A stretch of 64,000 nucleotides of DNA from an uncultured Oscillospiraceae bacterium. Its GTDB lineage: Bacteria; Bacillota; Clostridia; Oscillospirales; Acutalibacteraceae. The first letter of the stretch is position 1; every line of letters starts with the position of its first letter. The DNA is taken from contig CAJJNV010000008.1 of the NCBI GenBank assembly GCA_905193225.1, forward strand, positions 5,860 to 69,859, in the 5' to 3' direction. Below, one piece after another: positions 8,710 through 16,525 of this stretch. Position numbers and translations under genes: made by a program. The notes under the pieces are model-generated. The model was given only the letters and a program-made list of their open reading frames with translations. It was not told where the DNA came from and ran no database searches.

Positions 8710-10323
8710 ATGAAAAAGCTGATTTCAATTTTAACCGCATTTTCTCTGGTTATCTCTCTTTTTGTTTTTGGCACCGGCGCTTCCGCCGACACCACAAACA
8801 AAAGCTACCTCTTGATGAGCAATTCCTCCGACCGAAACTATGTTGCAAAAAAGGGCCGCAGCTATTACAATGATACCTCCCTGCGCCTTACCTGGTCGGC
8901 TGCGGGATACTCGGTTAGATTTTACGGCACCGAGCTTAAAACAACGATGACCGCTGATGGTACAAGCGGCACCCTTAACGTATACGTTGACAAAAATAAA
9001 AACCAGTATTATTTCAATACCGAAGCCTCGAGCTATTCTGCCGCCAGGGACGAGTATAACGCCAACTGCCCCCACATTTCCCTTTCAGACGGCAAGCGCA
9101 CATATACCGTCGTATCCGGCCTTGCAAAAGGATATCATACCGTTACACTCTTAAAGCGCGCCGAGCTTGACCGTTCGTCCAACATCTCGGTAAACGACAT
9201 TATAACCGACGGTTATTTCTGCGATCCCCCTGCAAAATCCTCCCGCAAAATCGAAATTGTCGGCGACTCCAACGCCACCGGATTCGGCAATATGGCAATG
9301 TCGGGCGAAAGCGGCGATTACAACTGGTATGAGCAGGATGCCACCCTGTCCTTTGGTGCATACTGCGCCGAGGAACTTGCCGCCGATTACTCCATCTGCG
9401 CCCACAGCGGTGCGACCGTAACTCCCGGTCTTGCCGAAGGGACATTACTCGACAAATATCTGCAAACCGACGCTTACAACGGCGTTACATCGGAATATGA
9501 TTTTGAAGGCGGCTCGGATGTTGTCATAATCCACCTGGGTGACAACGACCATGACGCGACCGAAGCCAAAGGCACAAGCAATTATGTTAAATATCTCGCC
9601 CAAATGATAAATCAGGTCAGAAGCAAAAACCCGAACGCCAAGATAATTTGTGTGCTCTCTCTTGCAGGCTATTCCGACTGGCATCCCTATGTTCAGCAGG
9701 CCATTGATGCCTCGGGCGACACCAACACTTATAAATATCTCAACGGCAATTCAAACAACGGCGCTCCCGCCGGCCATGCGCTTCAAAAATATCACAAAAT
9801 TCTCGGTCTCAACCTTGCGGCATACATCCGCACCCTTATGGGCTGGAATGGTAAGGTATACGAAACTGTGGCCGACACCGCCAATTCAAATATAAGCGTC
9901 AACCTTCCACAAAGTTTCTATAAGGCGGGCGACACCGTAACCTTCACCCCATCGGTAACCGGCGGACAGGTTGGCAGCGCAACCGTCAAAACCATCGGTA
10001 CCACCTATGGCACAAATGTTGCGGTGGCAAAATCGGGCAGCAGCTTTTCATTTACAATGCCTTCCGACCGCGTGCTCGTCTCGGTTGAAGCAAGCAAACA
10101 GCTGCTTGCGGGAGACATTAATTTAAGCGGAAAATCCAATGCGGTCGATGCACTTATGGCCCTTAAATATGCAACAAAATCGCTGACCCTTTCATCCGAG
10201 CAGACCGCAGCCGGCGATGTAAACGGAGACGGCAAGCTTACCACCGTAGACGCGCTTATAATACTTCAGTATTCGGTCAAGAAAATGGTTTCATATCCCG
10301 TCGGCGAGTATGTTTATTTCTGA
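8710..10323 (+). CDS. secreted CE2-like SGNH carbohydrate esterase with C-terminal dockerin, paralog of 6026..8350
   Basis: MKKLISILTAFSLVISLFVFGTGASA signal peptide. IEIVGDSNATGFG, IHLGDNDHD, GHALQKYHK blocks. Dockerin DINLSGKSNAVDALMALK and DVNGDGKLTTVDALIILQ. AAAGGAG RBS at 8710 (track ORF starts 8674). Terminator ~10411-10450. Confidence 0.8.
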   Translation: MKKLISILTAFSLVISLFVFGTGASADTTNKSYLLMSNSSDRNYVAKKGRSYYNDTSLRLTWSAAGYSVRFYGTELKTTMTADGTSGTLNVYVDKNKNQYYFNTEASSYSAARDEYNANCPHISLSDGKRTYTVVSGLAKGYHTVTLLKRAELDRSSNISVNDIITDGYFCDPPAKSSRKIEIVGDSNATGFGNMAMSGESGDYNWYEQDATLSFGAYCAEELAADYSICAHSGATVTPGLAEGTLLDKYLQTDAYNGVTSEYDFEGGSDVVIIHLGDNDHDATEAKGTSNYVKYLAQMINQVRSKNPNAKIICVLSLAGYSDWHPYVQQAIDASGDTNTYKYLNGNSNNGAPAGHALQKYHKILGLNLAAYIRTLMGWNGKVYETVADTANSNISVNLPQSFYKAGDTVTFTPSVTGGQVGSATVKTIGTTYGTNVAVAKSGSSFSFTMPSDRVLVSVEASKQLLAGDINLSGKSNAVDALMALKYATKSLTLSSEQTAAGDVNGDGKLTTVDALIILQYSVKKMVSYPVGEYVYF

Positions 10324-10607
10324 TGCCGACACAGAAAATGCATCGATTGATTGACCGGCTGATTGATTAACCTACTGCCCTTTCAACAAACGATTTATTT
10401 CATTAAATTCAACACCTCTGACAGCGCAAAGCTTTCAGGGGTGTTTTTTGTTGGGCCATTGCCGAGGTGCCATGGTTGTTTGTTTGTATCTTCTGACCTG
10501 CGGCACCTTGCTGCTGTTTTGCGGTGCTTTTTATGCTTCTTTTTTATGCCGGCGTTTTTTGATGCCGTTTCTATACTGCGTGATTGAAAGCTGTGATTTT
10601 GACCTAC

Positions 10608-10748
10608 CGCTGAGGCAGCCTCGGCGCAGCCGAGACCGGAGGGTACGGCATCCCGCAGTCTTACCTACAAACAAGGCTGCACTTAAAAAACTTATATGCT
10701 TTTATCCGAGAGCCTCCCTCCGATCAGCTTGCGCTGATTGCCTCAGCG
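10608..10748. ncRNA. GC-rich structured repeat element, copy B
   Basis: Outer stem CGCTGAGGCA (10608-10617) pairs with TGCCTCAGCG (10739-10748). Sub-hairpin CTCGGC-gca-GCCGAG. Mid stem CGGAGGG pairs with CCCTCCG. Sub-hairpin ATCAGC-ttgc-GCTGAT. Core contains CCCGCAG and TTATCCGAG. Confidence 0.6.
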
Positions 10749-10880
10749 TCCCGCAGCCGTGCACATTAGGTCAGCTGACAACCCTTCGCAGCCTTCTGCC
10801 GCACGCAAATACACAAAACCCTGCCTAATGAAAAGGCCTTAGCATCTGCGCCAAGCCTTTAAGACTTTTATTTAATCTAA

Positions 10881-10930
10881 AAACGCACAAACAGCGTGCA
10901 TCCCATTTTGCGAGATGCACGCCGTTTTTA
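10881..10930. terminator. strong bidirectional rho-independent terminator, with no coding gene immediately upstream
   Basis: AAAAACG...GCGTGCATC-ccattttgcga-GATGCACGC-CGTTTTT. Confidence 0.55.
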
Positions 10931-11078
10931 GCTTAAGCATAATGCCGCTTTTGTATCACTTATATTTATTAAGTTGTATCTGAACATCTGCAAAACAAAA
11001 CCATAAAGTGATATTTTTTTAAATTTTTGAATATATATTTCCGACAAATATTTTCATTGAAAACAAGGCGGTGGAGAT

Positions 11079-11576
11079 ATGGGAAAAAGACTTAAACGGC
11101 GGATCGCCGTTATTTTCATCAGCGCCGGGGTGGCTGTGGCGGTCATTCTGCTGCTGGACGGACTTCTCTCGACTACGGCAAAACGGGTGTCGGCAGGTGC
11201 CGAACAGCACATCATCACAAAAGCGGTAGATTTTTTAAAGGGCTACGGTTACGAGTGCGGCAGAGAGCCTGCCGAGGTTTTTGATTATGCTGTTCCGACC
11301 GAGTTCGACAGTGTTATGACAATTTACAACGACCTGCAGAAAAGCCAGGGCTTTGATCTTGAAAAATACAAGGGAAAGACGGTCAAGCGGTTTTCGTTTA
11401 GAATAGAAAACTATCCCGATGTTGCCGAGGATGTTTTTGCCGACATTTTATTTTCCGACGGAGAGATAATCGGCGGAGATATATGCACAAGATCGCTTGA
11501 CGGATTTATGGAGGGCTTTGACCGCACAAAAGGACAAAGCGGTATTATGAAAAAGGCCATGTCGCAGGGAGCATAA
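11079..11576 (+). CDS. hypothetical membrane-anchored protein (N-terminal TM helix)
   Basis: 165 aa. RBS GGTGGAGAT before the ATG. TM segment IAVIFISAGVAVAVILLL. Confidence 0.5.
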   Translation: MGKRLKRRIAVIFISAGVAVAVILLLDGLLSTTAKRVSAGAEQHIITKAVDFLKGYGYECGREPAEVFDYAVPTEFDSVMTIYNDLQKSQGFDLEKYKGKTVKRFSFRIENYPDVAEDVFADILFSDGEIIGGDICTRSLDGFMEGFDRTKGQSGIMKKAMSQGA

Positions 11577-11764
11577 AAAGAGTGCTGCACTGCCCTGTTG
11601 TCAATGCACCGCCGATGAACATATCTTTCCACACGATAAAGCCGTTCTTTTTTTCCATCAAATAACATCACGCAAAAAAAACAGAGTACCGCCCAAAAGA
11701 CAGGGGTACTCTGTTAAAAAAACAATATTAAAAATATGATTGCGTAGGATGTATCCGTCCCTGA

Positions 11765-12028
11765 TTACTCTGCGAAGCCCGAAAGGACGAGATTTACAAG
11801 TCCCTCAACAGCTTCCTGCTCGTCGGCTCCGTCGGCGATAATGCGGATGGACGTTCCGCCGATAATACCGAGGGAAAGCACGCCGAGAAGACTCTTGGCG
11901 TTAACGCGGCGTTCTTCCTTTTCCACCCAGATAGACGATTTATATTCGTTGGCTTTCTGAATGAAGAAGGTTGCAGGGCGAGCGTGAAGTCCTACCTTGT
12001 TCTGAACCATTACATCTTTAACAAACAT
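11765..12028 (-). CDS. ptsH: phosphocarrier protein HPr
   Basis: MFVKDVMVQNKVGLHARPA..., the GLHARPA active-site His signature. Alignment to B. subtilis HPr places the start at MFVKD (track ORF starts 12067). Terminator hairpin AACAGAGTACC...GGTACTCTGTT at ~11700-11750. Confidence 0.85.
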   Translation of the reverse strand: MFVKDVMVQNKVGLHARPATFFIQKANEYKSSIWVEKEERRVNAKSLLGVLSLGIIGGTSIRIIADGADEQEAVEGLVNLVLSGFAE

Positions 12029-12266
12029 TAGAATCTCTCCCGATAATCTTGTTTTGATACTACTCATTATATCACAAAAATCTCATCAGTCAACGAATTT
12101 CGACCAATCTTTTGGGACAAAAGGTAAAGTTCTACTCCCGCACCAAATGCGGACAAATTTACCCCTTTGCCTTTGTTTATTTTACACAAAAATTTGTGCA
12201 AAAATTCACCACTATGACCAGTTTATCCTTCGACAGAATGTATTTTTGTTTTACAATATAGTGTTG

Positions 12267-13013
12267 TTATTCTCTATTTTCCTCTTTAAGCTGCGCAATA
12301 TATTGCAAATCTTCATTTGAGAGGTCGGCTTTTTCGAGCATTTCGGGACGCTTTTTAAAGGTGCGTTCCAGCGACTTTTGCCGCCGCCATTTTTTGATGT
12401 TGAGATGATGTCCCGAAAGCAGTACCTCGGGCACTTCCCTACCCTTCCAGTCTCTCGGGCGGGAATACTGGGGATACTCGAGCAGTCCCGAAAAATGGCT
12501 TTCCTCGGTAAAGCATTCGTCGCTTGAAAGCACACCGGGTACAAGCCTTGCCACCGTATCGGCAAGCACAAGAGCGGGAAGCTCACCGCCGGTCAGCACA
12601 TAATCGCCGATAGAGATTTCCTCGTCGACAATTTCCTCAAGCACCCTTTCGTCCACACCTTCATAGTGTCCGCAAAGTATAACAAGCCTCGGCAGCTTTG
12701 AAAGTTCAAGGGCCTTTTGCTGGGTCAGTGTCTTGCCCTGAGGGGACATATAAATGACGTATGGTTTATTTTCATCCATTTTTTCCACCGCTTTAAAGCA
12801 GTCGTAAACCGGCTGAGCCTGTATTATCATTCCCATTCCGCCGCCGAAGGGTGCGTCATCCACCTGCTTTTGCTTGTTTTCGGTATAATCCCTGATGTTG
12901 TGGCAATGGGTTTCGATAATGCCCTTTGCCCGAGCTCTACCGATTATACTTTCGCAAAGCACCCGATCGCACATTTCGGTAAAAAGGGTCAGAATGTCAA
13001 TCCTCATGGTCAA
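12267..13013 (-). CDS. trmD: tRNA (guanine37-N1)-methyltransferase
   Basis: (MT)MRIDILTLFTEM... with GGGMGM and the SPQG trefoil-knot motif. Overlaps the rimM stop. Confidence 0.9.
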   Translation of the reverse strand: MTMRIDILTLFTEMCDRVLCESIIGRARAKGIIETHCHNIRDYTENKQKQVDDAPFGGGMGMIIQAQPVYDCFKAVEKMDENKPYVIYMSPQGKTLTQQKALELSKLPRLVILCGHYEGVDERVLEEIVDEEISIGDYVLTGGELPALVLADTVARLVPGVLSSDECFTEESHFSGLLEYPQYSRPRDWKGREVPEVLLSGHHLNIKKWRRQKSLERTFKKRPEMLEKADLSNEDLQYIAQLKEENRE

Positions 13014-13515
13014 AAATTCCTTTCAGGGGAGTAATTTTAATGATACCGCCGTCCACGTCTACGCTGTCTACCACATCGGGAATGGCGGGAACAAGGTATT
13101 CCTTTTTGTCCTCACCCTTTATGTGCCACACGTCGTTTGCGCCGGTTTTTGAAACATCGCAAAGCTCGCCCAAAAAATCGCCGCTTTGACTGTCGTAAAC
13201 CTTGCATCCCAACAGATCCTCAATAAAGTGACTGCCCTCGGGAAGATTTGCATCGTCGCGGTTAATGTACACAATTTTGTTTCTGAAGGCCTCTGCCTGC
13301 TCGATTGTGTCTACCCCGTCAAGTTTCATTAGTACCATATTTTTGTGGGCTCTGGCGGCCTTTACGGCGATTTTACGGGCACCCTCGCCGTCGAGATAGA
13401 GAAATTTAAAGGATGTAAGAAAATCGGGGCTGTCGCTCCAGGGCTGCACCCTGACCTCTCCCCTGATTCCGTGGGTACCGGTTATTTTGCCGGTTTCGAT
13501 AAATTGTTTTTTCAT
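12997..13515 (-). CDS. rimM: 16S rRNA processing protein RimM
   Basis: 172 aa. KITGTHGIRGEVRV motif and a PRC-barrel C-terminus. Confidence 0.85.
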   Translation of the reverse strand: MKKQFIETGKITGTHGIRGEVRVQPWSDSPDFLTSFKFLYLDGEGARKIAVKAARAHKNMVLMKLDGVDTIEQAEAFRNKIVYINRDDANLPEGSHFIEDLLGCKVYDSQSGDFLGELCDVSKTGANDVWHIKGEDKKEYLVPAIPDVVDSVDVDGGIIKITPLKGIFDHED

Positions 13516-13751
13516 AAAAATTCTCCGAAAAAAGATATATTGATAGCACGAGGATTAAAACGGATTTGCCGGTCGGTTAATCTGCTCTGCGGTATCGTTT
13601 CATTTCCCATATTAGTTAGCTTAACGCACCGCGTTACCGTTTATAATTGCAGTTTCGTTACGACCGCTTGCGCCTGCTCTTCGCCGAAATATTGTGTCAG
13701 GCAGTCGGACGCGGCTTTGCGCTATACAAAGCCTTGCGGATATGTAACGGC

Positions 13752-13898
13752 CGGGCGCCGAGACTTTCCCGGCCTTGCCGGGAACGGGAGGAGCAACACA
13801 CCGCAGTTTTCGGGAAAACGACACGCTATATTATCCGATTACCGCTTCGCATCAGCAGCCTTTCCTCCCGGTCAGCTGACGCTGACAGTCTCGGCACC
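13752..13898. ncRNA. GC-rich structured repeat element, copy C
   Basis: Outer stem GGGCGCCGAGACT pairs with AGTCTCGGCACCC (one mismatch). Sub-hairpin TTCCCGGC-ctt-GCCGGGAA. Mid stem CGGGAGG pairs with CCTCCCG. Sub-hairpin GTCAGC-tgac-GCTGAC. Core contains CACACCGCAG, TTATCCGATT and GCTTCGCATCAGCAGCC, shared with copy A in reverse complement. Confidence 0.6.
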
Positions 13899-14018
13899 CT
13901 TGCTTTAACGAAAGCCATAAAGCGCACATCTGCCTTCGGCCTGATAAGCATCACACCACACGTCCGATTGCGCACCTCCCGAGCCAAAAAAGCATTGCAA
14001 AAGTACAAAAGTATTTTA

Positions 14019-14165
14019 TCACAATCTATCGGCTTTGTAAACATCAAAAAACCATTCACCGCCTATCCGTCCCGCAGCAGCCCCGCTGTAAACCGCAGCA
14101 AAGGCCACACCTCCAGCCGCAATAAACGCCGCGCCGACAATCGCCGCACATAACCCGGCTTTCAT
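14019..14165 (-). CDS. possible small hydrophobic peptide (48 aa, Gly/Ala-rich TM helix)
   Basis: Hand translation: MKAGLCAAIVGAAFIAAGGVAFAAVYSGAAAGRIGGEWFFDVYKADRL. Preceded by GGAAGGTG RBS. Below the length cutoff of the ORF track. Confidence 0.25.
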   Translation of the reverse strand: MKAGLCAAIVGAAFIAAGGVAFAAVYSGAAAGRIGGEWFFDVYKADRL

Positions 14166-14407
14166 CACCAACACCTTCCGATAAACACAAACACCCACCG
14201 CCGAAAGACGATGGGTGTTTAATTAAGTTTTAAGCAACGCCGCGATGCATCAAGTGCTTAATTAAAAACTCAAGCTGTGCATCGGCTTTTGCCTTGATAT
14301 TCACACGATGCCACAAAGCATCAGGCTTTTATATTTACATTTGCGGGATACTGCCGTGTATCAACACATTGTTTGACATTTGCTCGGTGTCCGGCAGCAT
14401 CTGTATT

Positions 14408-16498
14408 TTATTTTCCGATGGAATCGGTGCGATAGACAAACTTCACCTGTCCGTCCATATCGCCCGAAAGGCCGGTGAAGGTTTTGTAATCCTTGGATAC
14501 GTCCACCGTTGCCTTGAAGCGGGTAACAAGTTTTCCGATTCCTCCGGCCGCCTCACTGAGCTTGTCGACACCCTGCTCCTTAAAGGCTTTAAGTCCGTCG
14601 GAAAGCTTAAGTGCGCCGTCGCGGAGCTGTGTAACGCCGCTGACCAGTGCGGGGGCGCCGTCTTTAAGGGTCAAAATACCGTTGTAAAGCTCGGCTGCGC
14701 CTGCGCTCAGCTGCTCGGTACCCGCCTTTAAGGTGTCGGTGCCGTCCTTTAGCTGTCCTGCGCCTGCGGCCGCCTCGGACACCTTGTCGGTATAGGTCGA
14801 AAGTCCGTAATAGAAGGTTGCGTAGCTATCAAGCTGACCTTTAAGTGCGGTCAGGCTCTGTGCACCGGCCTGAGCCTTTTCAAGTGCTGCGGGAAGATTC
14901 TGTGCAACAAGAGCGTCGATCTGTTTTTGAACATTGCCTTCTATGGTAGCCTTAAGGTTGTCGGAAGCCATTTGCTGTGCAAGACCCGCTTCGATCTGCG
15001 CCTTGGCCTTGTCGGTGGCCATTTGCGCCTCGATTGCGGCGTTTACCTGAGCCTGTACCGCCTCGGGAACCTGTCCTGCTGCCACTGCAGCGTCATACTG
15101 TTCGACCGTCATCTGAGTCGCGGTTGAAACGACGGTTGCTTTAACGGCGGCTCTTACAGCCTCTTCAACCTTGGGTCTTACCTGCTCGGAAACGGCCTGT
15201 GTAACGCCTGCGCGGATCTGATCCTCGTTTGCCTTAACGGCATCGGTGACCTGCTTTGTAATTGCCTCGTCGCTGGGAGAAGCAACTATTCCGTCGATAA
15301 CGGTTTGATAGTTTTCAATTGTAAGCTCGGGAGCGGTGATGCCCGATGCGGCGATCTGGCTGTTTGCGGTGGCAAGCAGTGTTTCAAAAACCTGCTTTGA
15401 GCCGCCGTTTAAGGTATCGTTGTTTGCGGCAATTTGAGAAAGTCCCGAGGAAAGTGTGGAAATGCCGCCCTGAAGGGTGCCTGCACCGTTATCAAGGCTT
15501 GCTGCGCCGTCCTTAAGCTGTGCAGCGCCTGCCGCAAGCTTATCGATTCCGTCCACAAGCTCGCCGGATTTTTCAAGCAGTGTGCAAAGTCCGTCGTAAA
15601 GCTGAGAGGATCCGTCGAGCAGCTGAGATACCGCGTCGGTCAGCTTACCGAGCGAAGAATCAAGATCGTCGAGACTGTCCATTTTGCTTGTGTCAACGGC
15701 GTTGAACACCTCGTTGGTGGCTATCGTAACGGTGTTGGTGAGCGAGAACTCGTTAACGTCGGCCGAGATTTCAACATAATCGGGAATGTCAATTTCGTCG
15801 GAATCAATATCAAGGTTGGATTTAAGTCCCGGGAAGGCAATGCCGATAACCGCCATTTTGTCTCCGTCGCCCAGCATTTTTCCGTTGGTTACCTCAACGT
15901 TTCTGAAATGGTCACTGTCGAGAAGCAGACCGGTCAGCATTGCGAAGGGTACATAAATTTTTTCTTGCTGTCCGTCTATTTCAACATATTCATACTGGTT
16001 GTTTTCGTAGGTATAGCGGATTGTGACCCTTCCGCTCTTTCCGGCAAGTTCGTCGGGAGAAATGGCCTTTCCGTCCAGTGTGTAGTTGAGTTTAAGGTTT
16101 ACCGGCAGATCTTTTGTGATGTTGCCGCGATAATAAATATCATTGCCCTGGGCGTCCCATATCTTCATATTCTCGCCGTTGAGGGTATAGGTTTCGTCGC
16201 CCTTGACGTTTTCCACATCGGTAAGACCGCTTTGATCGTCTATGGTATCGGAATTAAGGCTGTTTTTGATCCAATCGCTGACGATGATCTTTTTAACCGA
16301 TCCATCGGCTCCGGCCAGTACATAAACCGTTTCGTCTTTGCTGTTTACGCCGCTGTCGGAAGTTTCGGCCGTTTCCGTAACCGACTGAGTTTCTTCCTTC
16401 TTATCATTATTTGCGGCAAGGGCCGTGGCGGCAATACCGCTTCCCACAAACAAGCAGGAAAGGGCAACCGCAAGCACACTCTTTAATTTTTTATCCAT
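14408..16498 (-). CDS. secreted YhgE/Pip-domain-like repeat protein (Ala/Gln-rich helical repeats); MMPL-associated
   Basis: 696 aa. Signal peptide MDKKLKSVLAVALSCLFVGSGIAATALA. Repeated LxxGxxxL segments (LKDGAASLDNGAGTLQGGISTLSSGLSQ). Same strand as the MMPL gene. Confidence 0.5.
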   Translation of the reverse strand: MDKKLKSVLAVALSCLFVGSGIAATALAANNDKKEETQSVTETAETSDSGVNSKDETVYVLAGADGSVKKIIVSDWIKNSLNSDTIDDQSGLTDVENVKGDETYTLNGENMKIWDAQGNDIYYRGNITKDLPVNLKLNYTLDGKAISPDELAGKSGRVTIRYTYENNQYEYVEIDGQQEKIYVPFAMLTGLLLDSDHFRNVEVTNGKMLGDGDKMAVIGIAFPGLKSNLDIDSDEIDIPDYVEISADVNEFSLTNTVTIATNEVFNAVDTSKMDSLDDLDSSLGKLTDAVSQLLDGSSQLYDGLCTLLEKSGELVDGIDKLAAGAAQLKDGAASLDNGAGTLQGGISTLSSGLSQIAANNDTLNGGSKQVFETLLATANSQIAASGITAPELTIENYQTVIDGIVASPSDEAITKQVTDAVKANEDQIRAGVTQAVSEQVRPKVEEAVRAAVKATVVSTATQMTVEQYDAAVAAGQVPEAVQAQVNAAIEAQMATDKAKAQIEAGLAQQMASDNLKATIEGNVQKQIDALVAQNLPAALEKAQAGAQSLTALKGQLDSYATFYYGLSTYTDKVSEAAAGAGQLKDGTDTLKAGTEQLSAGAAELYNGILTLKDGAPALVSGVTQLRDGALKLSDGLKAFKEQGVDKLSEAAGGIGKLVTRFKATVDVSKDYKTFTGLSGDMDGQVKFVYRTDSIGK

Positions 16499-16525
16499 AA
16501 TGAGTTTCCTCCTTCTAAAAATCGG

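Noticed and set aside
13647-14153. 168-aa (+) and 77-aa (-) ORFs overlapping structured element C
   Set aside because: They run through the GC-rich hairpin element. No RBS, Arg/Ser-rich nonsense composition
15434-16486. 350-aa plus-strand ORF
   Set aside because: Antisense to the YhgE/Pip-like gene; Cys/Lys-rich nonsense composition
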